DNA of 64,000 nt from Elsinoe ampelina (lineage: Eukaryota), in the NCBI GenBank assembly GCA_010093995.1, contig ML992512.1, positions 343,736 through 407,735 on the forward strand, written 5' to 3'. The position numbers and the translations under genes were made by a program. This document shows, piece by piece, positions 11,623 through 23,269 of the stretch. Position 1 is the stretch's first letter; the number at the start of each line of letters is the position of its first letter. The notes below the pieces were generated by a model. The model worked only from the letters and a program-made list of their open reading frames with translations. It ran no database searches and was not told where the DNA came from.

Positions 11623-13287
11623 TCACGTTAATCCTGTGGCCCCTTTCAGAGCTTGCAGTACCGCCACTGCTTGCTCGGGTGAGTACCCTATGAAGACTGG
11701 TCCGGTAAAGGTCATGCCTGGGGTAGCGGGCACCTTGCTGCTATCCTCTGTTTTGATGAAGACAGGTGGCGCGTCCTTTGTTTGCTCCTTCGTTTCTTGC
11801 ACTGGCCGTTGTTCTTCGTGAGGATTTGGCATGCCTGGCGGGGCGCCTCGACTGAAGGGACACTTGGCTGCTGGCTTGACCGTTGTGTCCTTCGCTTTTC
11901 CTTCTGCACGCTCGATTGCCTCCAGCGGGACCGGTATACCCCAAGGGCGACTTGGACTTTCACCAACTCGGACATCCTTGAGCGGACGGTCGAAACGCCC
12001 TTCCCTCTCCTCTGTGTCTGCTTCAACTTCCGCTTCTGGCTCGTCTGACGGCTGGCCCTGCACTTTAACGTTGCTGACGTCGCTAGCCCATCGTCGTACT
12101 CGCTCTGCTGATTCTGCATCTTGCTCCCCCTCGACATCTATTTCATCGTCGCCCTTGTTCTCCGGTAGCATTGGTGCGTGCTTCTGCCCGAGGCCTTGTA
12201 TCATGCTTACCAAATTTCCATACTTGGCGTCGAGTTGTCGAATGCTCTCTTCATTACTCTGATATCGTTTCACGCATACTTCGTGACTGCGTGGCAATTC
12301 GTGCTTGTGCTTTTCAAAGTACTCTGCAACCTCTTCAGGTGATGACTTTTCAAGGAAACGTATCGGGCAGGTAGGTCCAGAACCCTGTATCGAGGCTTCG
12401 ATTTCATTTGTATCCTTCCGGGGTCGTGGTAATGCACACTGTTCTTGCTCCTGCTCCTGCTCATCGCCCCGCTCTTTCGGAGATGATGAAGGCTGGGTGG
12501 TCACTGGAGTCGAGCTGCGTGCTATTGCTTGCGAGTTGGAGCTTCGAGGCGTATGTGTGCCTGGCTGGCGATATCGTGACACGACGGATCGAGCATGGGC
12601 AGAAAGACGGCGATTGGCCATGCTGGCAAAGGGACAATCCAGGCGACTAGGTGTACCAGGGACGGTAAAGTCTTGCTCTAATGGAGACTCGGAGATAGAG
12701 GGCATGGCTGAGCTATTGTTGACCAGCATATCAGAAGATATCTTCGAATTTGCGTCATCCCCCGTCTGCTTGTCGAGCCCAAGCTGGTGTACTGAATCGA
12801 CGGCGTAGCGTGTCCGTAGGAGATTGCGCTTGTTCATGGGAAGATCACTCCTCATCCACCATTTGTCCTTGCTTGTTTGTCGTCGTAAAGGATCTTCAAT
12901 GTCTCTCGTGACGGGCGCGAACTTGAAAATTTGTACATCTTGTTTGGTGACTGTCCCTTTGTCGGTGACGAATCGTTCAAACTGTATAGCTTCAGTGCTT
13001 GCCCCCACTTGTCGGTCATGCTTGATTTGTAAGAGATGCAACAAGAACAATCAGAAATGTGTAAAGAGTCTTCCACGGCTGCGTATTGCAACTACAGATC
13101 TAGAGCTAAGGTGTATCATCACAGAGATGGAGGTGACAGAAGATGTGTGACTGACCTGGCTCTTCGCATCCTGAAGACTGCGTTCAAAGGCTCTGCTGCG
13201 CGCCAGTAAAGTGTTGTACTCGTCCATAAGAGAATGAAAGCCTTCGGCCAGTCGCTGCACTCGGGCATCGGCTCCGTCAGTAGCCAT
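11623..13287 (-). CDS. Fungal hypothetical protein with an N-terminal coiled coil and three Cys-Pro motifs
   Basis: Exon 1 MATDGADARVQRLAEGF...DAKSQ, donor GTCAGT at 13155, probable acceptor near 12982. Exon 2 contains CPF, CPIRF, HKHELPRSHEVCVKRYQ and FTGPVFIGY. Confidence 0.75.
13047..13126 (-). ncRNA. Probable intronic box C/D snoRNA with an 18S rRNA guide
   Basis: On the minus strand: box C GTGATGA (13122-13116), terminal box D CTGA (13054-13051), and an 11-nt TTAGCTCTAGA antisense to conserved 18S UCUAGAGCUAA. It lies in an unusually long intron (~174 nt). Confidence 0.7.
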
Positions 13288-13730
13288 ACTGATTGCAGTG
13301 AGCTGGTAGTCGCTCAGCGTGAAGTGTCGAAATGTTGCATACGTCCTCACGACGTCAATGCCAGTCTCGCTTGACGCCGGAACGATGTCGCGCCAAGGTT
13401 GAAAGGCTGCAGAATTGCAAAGGTTGCTCGGTGTAGAGTCGGGGCGGAAGTGGCCGCACAAAGAGGGTCACGCCTCGTGGTTCGCAGGCGGGATCGCCAA
13501 GTGTGGCTGAATGACGCAGGATTCAGGGTGCGAGGAAGAAGTCAAAGTGAGAGCTGCGGCTCGGATTTCGCAGACGCGTATTATGCTGAGGCTGGGCTGG
13601 CAGCGGTAGGCAACTTTGTTGGCAATTTACGCAATCCCTACAGTATTCCAAGATGCTTTGCTTATAAGCGACTGTGCGACATTCACAAATGTCTGATCAA
13701 TAATCTCCGTATCACACCATCACAATCGAC

Positions 13731-14884
13731 ATGTCTTCAGCTCAATTACTCGGCGTCCGCAAATGGTTGATCAACTCACCTCCAGGAGAATGGTGTATTC
13801 ACAGACTGCGAGAGCTACTTATTGGGGCTTTGAGGCAAGGTCCAGTGCCTCAGCATGTCGCCTTCGTCATGGATGGAAACAGGAGGTACGCGAGAGAACG
13901 ACGAATGGAGACAGTAGAGGGACATCATCTAGGCTTCGAAGCTTTGGCTAGAGTAAGCAGAAGAAACACACTTTCGCCAGAAACAGCTACTGACCAGCCT
14001 AGATCCTCGAAGTATGCTACAAGTCTGGTGTCAAGGTGGTCACTATCTACGCGTTCAGCATCGAGAACTTCAAACGCTCCAAATTTGAAGTTGACGCATT
14101 GATGGACATGGCCAAGTTCAAGCTTACACAAATGGCTCAACACGGGGAGCTACTTGAAAGATACGGTGCGCGGATACAGATCCTAGGTCAGAAAGATCTC
14201 GTCAGGCCAGACGTACTGGACTCGATAGACAAGGCTGTGGAGATGACCAAGGACAATGGAGATGCTGTCTTGAACGTCTGCTTCCCCTATACTTCACGGA
14301 ATGAGATGACTACAGCGATTCGGGAGACAGTTCGGGAATACTCGCAACCCCTACGACCTACGCCCAAGCGGCCTTTCTCGGAGACTCGCATCTCTCGGAC
14401 TATCCAGTCAAAACACCTGAGTGACATTGTTGAAGAGCAACAGTCTGGTACCTCCACACCTAGGACCGACAGCGTCTTCACTGATGGTGAAGAAACGGAG
14501 ACTTCGAACTACAGCTCTTCGATCGCCGACAGGCCACCATCGTCACACACCTCCGCATCGACATCTCCCATCAGACTACCACCAAAGGACAGCAAAGTTC
14601 AGTGTCCTGATCCTGAAACCATCACGACTGACACCATCGACGCGCATACATTCACTGCCGACGCGCCGCCACTGGACCTTCTAATCAGGACATCTGGCGT
14701 GCAAAGGCTGAGCGACTTCATGCTCTGGCAATGTCACGAGAAAACTGACATCGTTTTTCTCGACTGCTTATGGCCTGAGTTCGACCTTTGGCAGTTTCTA
14801 CCCGTCATTGTCGAATGGCAGTGGAAGCAGAGAAGACAAGAGGAACTTCAGACGCCGCAACAGCTATCGATCAAAGCGGCATGA
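13731..14884 (+). CDS. RER2: cis-prenyltransferase (dehydrodolichyl diphosphate synthase catalytic subunit)
   Basis: Motifs PQHVAFVMDGNRRYA, YAFSIENFKR and LLIRTSGVQRLSDFMLWQ; intron 13953-14002. Confidence 0.93.
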
Positions 14885-15977
14885 TTCAGCGCGCAGTCGA
14901 GAGTGAAGGATCGACGACGAGATTCATGATACCCGAGACATCATCCTCTTTTTCGGACCTGAGTAATAGATCCGTCCCCTTTCTATCATTCCACGCTCTG
15001 GCATACGAGCGTCCTCTACTACAAAGTGGAACATTCCTCCCGACAAATCCTACGGACAGTGTTGATGCAACGTACAGAGTGACGATTCTTCCGTGCCACA
15101 TGTTGATGCATCGGCTCGAACAGTATCTGGCTGTTTGTGAACTGGTCAGGATTTCCGAAGGAGCCACTGCGGCTCGGGCGCTTCATGACTCGGACATGTT
15201 CTGAGCGATGTAGGATGCTGGACGCCAAATGAATGCGCTCATGGTTGTGTTAGCTAGGTTCAGCCATTCGACGAAAGTGATGGTGGGACAACGCTAGATT
15301 ATCTTTGTACCCTCGCCACGCGTGAACGTGGTCTCGAAACGGCATAGCAATGCAGTCAATTAGACAGTCCCAAACCAGGAAGTCATCAATATCTGGCTGT
15401 AGCTGACTGCGGTTCTGGTGACTATTACTTGACGATTGTCCGGCTATGGTATACAGCAAATCACATACTGATACGCCGGAGGGTTGGTGTGTTTGTAATA
15501 TGGTACATACGGGTCATGAGAAGAGTAAATACACCGACCTAAAGGTACAATAGATCGGAGATACCTCGGATCAGGTGCGCGCCTTGGCTGTCATCAAAAG
15601 ATAATTTCCCATTTCTTTCGTTACACTCCTTTCACTTTCCACATGACCATAAGGGTCGTCGACACCGCTATCTACATCTACAGTACTTGGTCGACCATGC
15701 AAACCAAACAATATAGTCTCTCGTCGTCTGATTGGTAATGTGCCGCCACATTCGAGCACTTGCCGGGAGTGGAACAGGAGTGGGCGCTTAATTGCAGCTC
15801 GTCACGCCAATCAGGAGTCGCAAACCATCACTTCCTCTGCAGACCCTCGGAACCATGTGCGACGTGACTTGATCTTCATGAATAATAGCTAAGTCGTCTC
15901 GATGTTATCTATTCTCTATTCTTGTTCAATCGTGTCCTCCATCACCACCGTCAGAGCCTCCAAGGCTAGAGGCAGCA

Positions 15978-17651
15978 ATGCGCGAAGCCCGTATACCGCT
16001 GCTCGCTACTTGGATTGCCATCACCCCTGCGACACTGGCGATTGATCTATGGCATATTGACATTGACAACGGACCCGCGCCAGCTCCAGAACTAGGTCCT
16101 CCTCTGTCAGCTGATGCGATAAGGGACCTCAGCCTACTACCGATCCAAATCTCTTGCATCGTAGCTGCCTACGTCTTTACAAGTCTGCTCATCGGATTTT
16201 TACTTCTGACCGTAGGACGTCGTCTGCGCCGCCGGAAACTCGCTGGAAAGCCTGATCTATCTATCGAAATGGTGAAACCTGCCAATCGCACGTTTGACCC
16301 GTCTCCGGTCAGTCCGCCTTCGGATCAGAAGGCGTGGTATAGTCCAAAGCGGCTGAAGAAGCGCTCGAGCACACAACACAGCACTCGCTCAGCCAGTGAT
16401 CCTGCCAGCCCCGGTCTTGAGAGCATCACCTCTTTTGACTCTAGGGTCATCGACAAGGACCGAAAGAAAAGACAGGACGAGCTGGAGCAACTGTATGCTG
16501 CTGTCCTGGCCCACGACGAGGCAAAGCAGAGCGCAAATGTGTCTCAAGTCGAACTACAGGATGACAGCTCTGGGCACACTGAGACACAGACGATGCAAAG
16601 GGCTCGGTCACCGCCTCGACTGATTACCACAGCACCTACATTGCGACACTTGCGCGACCATGAGAGCGTTCAACAAAGCCCAACGAGTCCAGTCAGCCCA
16701 CGCAGCCCGATTCGTGCGATTTACCCTCCAGACTATGACATTCCTCCTGTTCCGGTCTCATCGACATCGCCCATTCGAGCAGAGTATCCGCGACCAAGCC
16801 GTCATCCCGAAACACACGTGGGAGGTCGCGAGTATACGGGAGAAGCAGTCGTTGCCCGGAGTGCTCGAGCATCGCAAGTGTCGGCAAGCAGTATGCATGA
16901 TGGTGAGCCTAGGCGATTGCGGCGATCTCTCAAGAAGATCAACATCAAAGCTGCATCTCAGCGGTATTCTGACGAAGATGAGTCTGATAGCGCCCGGACT
17001 CCATTGACACCTCGCTACTTCTCCGGACCGAAAACGCCAGTCTCACCACCAAAGAGTGAGGGCCCTTCTACGCCAGGTACTTACGAGTCGCCTCGCCAAC
17101 GTGCGAGTGGTAGGATGGGCGATCTCAGTCCAGATTCTGACAATTTCCCTTCACCTCCGCCAGACAGTCGATTCCATCCGAACAACCCGTATCGCCAATC
17201 TTCCCCAACCTACCTGCCACAACAACATCACCCAATCGCGCAGATTTCGTCGCCGAAAATGTTACTCGAAGGGAAAGCTTTATCGCCCGCACTACCTCCA
17301 TCCCCTCGACCTCCAAGGACGACTGCCTCACCACAAAATCCCTCGAATGGAACACTCGGACCTTTGCCATTTAGAGCAATGGCTCAGAGCAACAACAATG
17401 GTCTCATGTCACCGGGCCTAAATACCAGGACAACATTCCTCGAGCGGCGAAGAGACCTTCTTTCCGCACCAAGGACAGGCATGGCAACACCATACTCGCC
17501 ATACATGCCCTTCACACCACTGACGCCCGTGACACCGAGGCTCGTGACTCGACAGGAAAGACGAATGCGAGAGCGAGAGCAACGACAGCGACCGATCGCG
17601 GAGGAAGATCAAGTCAAGGATGAGGATGATATCTGGGGTGATGGTATGTAG
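15978..17651 (+). CDS. Hypothetical single-pass membrane protein with a long Ser/Pro-rich tail
   Basis: 557-aa intronless ORF with an N-terminal hydrophobic leader and TM segment IVAAYVFTSLLIGFLLLTVG followed by RRLRRRK. C-terminal motif PYSPYMPFTPLTPVTP. Confidence 0.75.
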   Translation: MREARIPLLATWIAITPATLAIDLWHIDIDNGPAPAPELGPPLSADAIRDLSLLPIQISCIVAAYVFTSLLIGFLLLTVGRRLRRRKLAGKPDLSIEMVKPANRTFDPSPVSPPSDQKAWYSPKRLKKRSSTQHSTRSASDPASPGLESITSFDSRVIDKDRKKRQDELEQLYAAVLAHDEAKQSANVSQVELQDDSSGHTETQTMQRARSPPRLITTAPTLRHLRDHESVQQSPTSPVSPRSPIRAIYPPDYDIPPVPVSSTSPIRAEYPRPSRHPETHVGGREYTGEAVVARSARASQVSASSMHDGEPRRLRRSLKKINIKAASQRYSDEDESDSARTPLTPRYFSGPKTPVSPPKSEGPSTPGTYESPRQRASGRMGDLSPDSDNFPSPPPDSRFHPNNPYRQSSPTYLPQQHHPIAQISSPKMLLEGKALSPALPPSPRPPRTTASPQNPSNGTLGPLPFRAMAQSNNNGLMSPGLNTRTTFLERRRDLLSAPRTGMATPYSPYMPFTPLTPVTPRLVTRQERRMREREQRQRPIAEEDQVKDEDDIWGDGM

Positions 17652-17939
17652 ATATATTTCATAAAAAGACGTCTCGTTAAGCAGATGATTTACATTAACC
17701 CCAGCCTGCTGTCAGTCAATGCGGCTCTGCGGAACATGTGCGTGTTTTCGGGGCTGCTTCTGACGTCGCCCGCACGCTTCTGAAAAATTTCCCCCCCCCA
17801 ACACACAGCAAACTTGTGTACAGTCCACGTCTGCTATATTTCACTCTGCTGCCACCAGCATTTCCTCAAAATTGCCTCTCTCATTCGCCATCCACGCTTT
17901 CGCTTCTTTCCAGCCACATCAGCGAAGGCACAATTTCCC

Positions 17940-17948
17940 ATGACTTGA
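17940..17948 (+). promoter_or_regulatory. Tiny uORF (ATG ACT TGA) in the SPE2 leader
   Basis: The only ATG seen between ~17830 and the SPE2 start. Whether it lies within the transcript is unknown. Confidence 0.35.
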
Positions 17949-18171
17949 ACGTCTGCACTTCCCGAACACTTACGACCCGTGACACACTCCCACTCCAGCT
18001 TTGGAAACGACTGCGGTCTGTTAGACCCGATACTGATCAGGTATCGGAATCTGCCAGGCCTAGGTCGCACACGACTGGTCACAATTCCGCCGCAAAAGGA
18101 CTTCTTCATCCCTCTGTCCGCCCGACCTCCGTAACGAGAGCTACTTGCTCAGCTGCTGATTGTCGACTGCT

Positions 18172-18198
18172 GCTGGCGAAAGCCAGCCTCTGAAAGAG
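18172..18198 (+). promoter_or_regulatory. GNRA-tetraloop hairpin in the SPE2 5' leader
   Basis: Perfect stem GCTGGC-GAAA-GCCAGC, directly followed by the mini-hairpin CTC-TGAAA-GAG, about 70-90 nt upstream of the ATG. Confidence 0.55.
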
Positions 18199-18264
18199 AA
18201 AGGAACTACACCTTGACACACCCTGACCCGACACCCACACCCTGCCAGTCAGGACTGCTTGGAG

Positions 18265-19806
18265 ATGGTCAACGCCGATATCCCTCCTCACTACACAGGA
18301 TCACCATCCTCCTTGTCGGGAACACCGTTTCTGACCATCAATAAAGATGCGACTGAGGGTCTAGACTCTAGTAGCGCCTTTGAAGGGCCGGAAAAGTTGC
18401 TCGAGGTCTGGTTCAGTCCTTCTGCCCAAGGACTACCCGCAACCACTAAGCCCAATGGATTGAAAGCAGTCTCGGCGGAGACTTGGAAGGGCATGTTGGA
18501 CCTGGTCAATTGTCAAGTGCTGTCGATCATCGAGTCCGAGCACGTGGATGCCTATCTGCTTTCCGAATCGAGCATGTTTGTCTTTCCTCACAAGCTTGTG
18601 CTCAAGACATGCGGCACCACGACTCTTTTGCTCGGCTTGCCTCGGATGCTGGAAATCGCTGCTATCGAAGCTGGCTTTCCGCCAAAGACTGGATCCCCCG
18701 GCAAGGCTGCTTACCCTCACCGTGTGTTCTACAGTCGGAAGAACTTTCTCTATCCCGACAAGCAGCAAGGACCACACAGGAGCTGGCGTGATGAGGTACA
18801 CTATCTCGACAAGCAATTCCCTGGTGGCAGCGCCTACATGATTGGCAAGATGAACGGCGAGCACTGGTATCTTTACATCACGGCCCCCAGCCAGGAGATC
18901 ACACCGCCTCTGACTCCGGAAGCTGAGAAGAGTGCCTCAGCAGCTGGCGATGTCCTTGATCTGGACAAGCTGAAACGGCTAGAGATCGATGCTGCCAGCG
19001 ACGAGACGCTGGAGATTCTCATGACTGATCTGGACCAAGAGAATGCGAAGCAGTTCTACCAGGAAGATGCTGTCAATATCGCTCAGAGGGACAACCAACG
19101 TGCGGCTTACGAAGATCGTGTGAATGCGGTCAAGCACTTGGACGCCATCCCTGAGCAAGCCAGCGTGAACCACAGCAAGGTGAATGGTCATTCAGGATCC
19201 GAGGGAACTTCCACGTTCGACGTCTTTGAGAAGCAGTCTCTTGAGCTGGACGAGACCGACGCGCCAGCAAGCACCGGAAACGGGACTGCAGATAGCGACT
19301 TGGAGCATTCCGAAGGTCATGTCCTAGGTAGAGCTGTGGCGAACAATTGTGGGCTGGCCGACGTCTATCCTACCTCCAAGTACCCGGACGCACGGATCGA
19401 TTCCTACCTCTTCACGCCATGTGGCTTCAGCGCGAACGGAGTGGTACCAAATCCCAAGGATGCTGGTCTGACCCACTACTTTACCGTCCATGTCACACCC
19501 GAGCCAGTTTGCAGCTACGCTAGCTTCGAGACCAACGTACCAGCGAAGCAGACTGGCCGTGAGACTGCCGATATTGTGGCCCAAGTGGTGGACATTTTCA
19601 AGCCTGGTCGTTTCAGCGTCACGTTATTCGAGGCAAAGGGTGAGGAGGAAGGGTCCACCAAGATGAAGAAGGCACATCGAATGGACACCATCCCTGGCTA
19701 CCGGAGGGTTGATCGAGTGCTGCACGATCTCGAGGGATATGAACTGGTGTTTCGGCACTTTGAAAAGGACGGATTCAAGGGAGGCTCACCAAGGATTGGA
19801 GAATAG
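18265..19806 (+). CDS. SPE2: S-adenosylmethionine decarboxylase proenzyme
   Basis: Motifs AFEGPEKLLEVWF, AYLLSESSMFV (pyruvoyl cleavage site), KTCGTT, FTPCGFSANG and TVHVTPEPVCSYASFETN. Confidence 0.96.
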   Translation: MVNADIPPHYTGSPSSLSGTPFLTINKDATEGLDSSSAFEGPEKLLEVWFSPSAQGLPATTKPNGLKAVSAETWKGMLDLVNCQVLSIIESEHVDAYLLSESSMFVFPHKLVLKTCGTTTLLLGLPRMLEIAAIEAGFPPKTGSPGKAAYPHRVFYSRKNFLYPDKQQGPHRSWRDEVHYLDKQFPGGSAYMIGKMNGEHWYLYITAPSQEITPPLTPEAEKSASAAGDVLDLDKLKRLEIDAASDETLEILMTDLDQENAKQFYQEDAVNIAQRDNQRAAYEDRVNAVKHLDAIPEQASVNHSKVNGHSGSEGTSTFDVFEKQSLELDETDAPASTGNGTADSDLEHSEGHVLGRAVANNCGLADVYPTSKYPDARIDSYLFTPCGFSANGVVPNPKDAGLTHYFTVHVTPEPVCSYASFETNVPAKQTGRETADIVAQVVDIFKPGRFSVTLFEAKGEEEGSTKMKKAHRMDTIPGYRRVDRVLHDLEGYELVFRHFEKDGFKGGSPRIGE

Positions 19807-20111
19807 GGAGCCACAGTGATTATTATGCATAAGCGTCTCTGTCAATTACGGTCTTCAGTAATCTAGTAGTTGTAAATTTCCAATATCAAACATTGCATTT
19901 ATAAAATCATCATGGTCGTTGGTCCAGTAGACTGAAATCTACCAATCGCCCCCATCAAAAATGCGATTATTCCCCGGAACCACCCTCCCAGTACGCACAG
20001 ACCACCTCTTCTGAAGTTTCCATCCAACCTTTCGCTTCCTACCCATCACCAGCATCTCAAATCACCCTCCAAAACACCTTCCCACCCATCAATCCCATCC
20101 CTACCGTCACA

Positions 20112-20878
20112 ATGGGTTGGTTCGACTACATCACCGACGTGGTTTCGTCCATCACGATCCAAGATGCCGCGGCCGAAGTGCAAGACGACATGCACAACGC
20201 CTCTGGCGAATTCGGCAGCTCCAAGGACCAAAAAGGCGGCGTGGGCACAGCGCAGCACGACCGGGGCTCGGCTGTCAAGGGAGGCGCGAGTACCAGCACG
20301 CCTCACTCGGGCACTAACGAGGAGAGCGACTCGGAGAAGGAAGTGAACAAGGCCGACGCCGCGAAGCAGGGGGGTGGAGAGCCTGAGGCGGGACACAAGC
20401 CCGGTTCGGAGAGCGGTAAGGAGGCCGCGGGGCAGGTTGGGGCGGATAAGGCTGGGCCTCATGGGGGGCCGGTGAACGCTGCGGAGGATGATGGGGAGGA
20501 GGAGGAGGGCGGCGAGGAGGAGGAGGAAGAAGAGGAGGAAGAGGAGGAGCCCGAGGACCCGATGCCGAAGATTCAGGAGCGTAGGTGGCAGAGCATGTGT
20601 AGACGAGGGACGAGACACTGATGATATTCCAGAGTGCGAGAAGACTTCTCAGTGTGCGCCTCTGAAGCACCACTACGATGAGTGCGCTGAGCGTGTCACT
20701 GGACAGATTGAGGAGAATGGCAAGGCTGATGAGGACTGTGTTGAGGAGTGTAAGTACAGCCATATAGGCTATACCCTTCGGCGGTAAGGGACAACAGCTA
20801 ATGGGCCATTCAGTCTTCCACCTCATGCACTGCACCTCCCAGTGTGCCGCACCCAAGCTGTTCAAGGCTCTCCGATAG
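20112..20878 (+). CDS. QCR6: Cytochrome b-c1 complex subunit 6 (hinge protein), 216 aa
   Basis: Poly-Glu tract, then EDPMPKIQEQCEKTSQCAPLKHHYDECAERV...DCVEEFFHLMHCTSQCAAPKLF; introns 20581-20632 and 20750-20813. Confidence 0.92.
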
Positions 20879-21481
20879 ACCACCACATCAAACACATGCC
20901 ATTGGGGACGCTGGAAGAGTCGGTCCATGTCGATAGAGACAGCTGTACCTTTCACCTCGATGGCACAGCATCGCCAACCAGGACCCGTCTGTAATCACGG
21001 CCAGACGGATCATATCAATTCTCTTACCCAGTAGTGTTCCTTAGCTGCTGCGTCTAGCGAGTGGGAGGACTTGTAGTATAGCATCCCAGGAAAAATGTAC
21101 TCGATGCATAGATTATATACTGTTGTTTTCGCTTTTGAAAGAGCTTCGTCGTCATCCAACAGCGACGCCCAGGCTAGAACAGGTTCATGTGAAACATCAT
21201 CGAGGATTCAGCATTGACTCGGCCGAGTTGGCTGCCAGATCTGGAAGTCGTCCTGGTCTCAATCCGAGCGAGCAGAGCATTATGGACGTTCGCTGAGCAA
21301 TCTTCCTTGCGACCTCGGCCATTTCGGGTCTGAACCAAATCCGAATGGAGATGACGTCTGTTTGGGGATGGAAGCTTCGGCAGCTTTCAAGAGCTTCATC
21401 TTTTCGCCAAACATCTTCGTTTTCTTTAATACAGCGAAGTTCCTCAACACATCAGACATTGTATTGCCAATTATATCCACC

Positions 21482-22287
21482 ATGTCCTCAACATTGATGC
21501 GCAACACTGCGCTCCGCTCCGCCCTGCGAGCCGGCGGAGCTTCCACAAGCAAAAGAGCAGCTCTCGCAAGCACATCGTTCGTGCGTGGCAAGGCGACACT
21601 GCCAGACCTCAAGTGTAGGAATCAAACCTCACGTCAGCATACCCTGCAAGCTGACTACTAGTTTCAGACGACTACGGCGCCCTCGAGCCCGCCATCTCAG
21701 GCAAGATCATGGAACTGCACCACAGCAAACACCACCAAACGTACGTCAACTCCCTCAACGCCGCCGAAGAAAAAGTCGCCGAAGCCCAAACCAAAGGCGA
21801 CGTCGGCGCCCTCGTCGCCCTCACCCCGCTGATCAACTTCCACGGCGGAGGCCACATCAACCACTCCCTCTTCTGGGAGAACCTGGCCCCGAAGAACGCA
21901 GGAGGAGGCGAGCCCCCTTCGGGCGCATTGGCAAAGTCAATCGACGAACACTTTGGTAGTCTGGAGGGGATGAAGGAGAAGTTCAACGCTGCCTTGGCCG
22001 GGATTCAGGGCAGTGGGTGGGCGTGGCTGGTGCAGGATACGCAGACGGGCAAGGTGTCGGTGAGGACGTACGCGAATCAGGATCCGGTGGTGGGGCAGTA
22101 TAGGCCGTTGTTGGGGATTGATGCTTGGGAGCATGCTTATTAGTGAGTCATAAATGACACCCAGGGGGGGAAGGCAACATGGTGCTGACAATGTGGCAGT
22201 TTGCAGTATGAGAATAGAAAGGCGGAGTATTTCAAGGCGATCTGGGATGTGGTCAACTGGAAGGCGGCCGAGGGCAGGTTCAAGTGA
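21482..22287 (+). CDS. SOD2: Mitochondrial Mn superoxide dismutase
   Basis: Arg-rich presequence; motifs MELHHSKHHQTYV, GGGHINHSLFW, GIQGSGWAWL and DAWEHAYYLQY; introns 21615-21667 and 22143-22199. Confidence 0.96.
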
Positions 22288-23269
22288 GGCATCAAAATGC
22301 TCTGTGGATGCAAGTGACGTGGCCTAAGTACAGTATGTATGTGGCATGGCAGGCAGCAGGGAAAGTATGAGTGTCAGACCGAGTAGCTAGCAATCGGCAG
22401 ATGTAGGAGTACGCGTAAACACCAAGTCTCGACAGCCTTTTCTTCATCTGGATATACGCTGCGACAATATGCTAGGTAAGCATAGACTCTAGCTCGTAAG
22501 GTACCTGCAGGATTAAGGTTATTACGCGTATAAAACTTGTCCGGAGCCGCATGGTAGCTGTCAGGACTCGATCATCTCCGTCGACATACTCAGGCGAGTA
22601 TGACTCCTCCACCATCCTGCACCTGACCATTCATACCACACTGACATTTTGAGGGACATTATCTGACATGCAGAAGTGGTGGTGGTGATGGATGACTCCG
22701 ACTTTCATCCTTCGGGGCAACCTCGTGGTGACAGTTCGGAAAGACTAGGCGAGGACCCGGGGAGCACAGAGTGTGTCTTCTCGAAGAGCTGTCACAGTTT
22801 CCACAGTGAGATTGCATAACGTGCCAAGCAACCGGATGCGACTGTACCCGATGAATTGCAGGTTCCGTCATGTTGCGAGTCTTGACCTCATGGAGCAATC
22901 CACTTCCATCGTTCTCGGTGTAATAATACATTGTTCCTGCCGTCCCTCGTATTGTTGCTTCGTCCTTTCTTGTACATACTGCCCTTGCTACCTGTTCACA
23001 TTGTATACAGTATAATCCAAAACATCAGGCATACACGAAGAATAATAGACGGTACGATCTATCGTCCGACCTCGCTTGTCTCAATCCTTCGCTTGCCGTC
23101 ACCAATTTCACGGCCGCAAGTCGAACCGCGTCGACTCCAGGCATCCAGGATACTCGTTAGGCAGCGCATTATTGTATCTTTTGTATATACATTTAGAACC
23201 TCACTTGCGGTTTATGATCAGTCATGAATTAGCCTTCGCACCGGATCTTCAACATCAAACCACAACATC

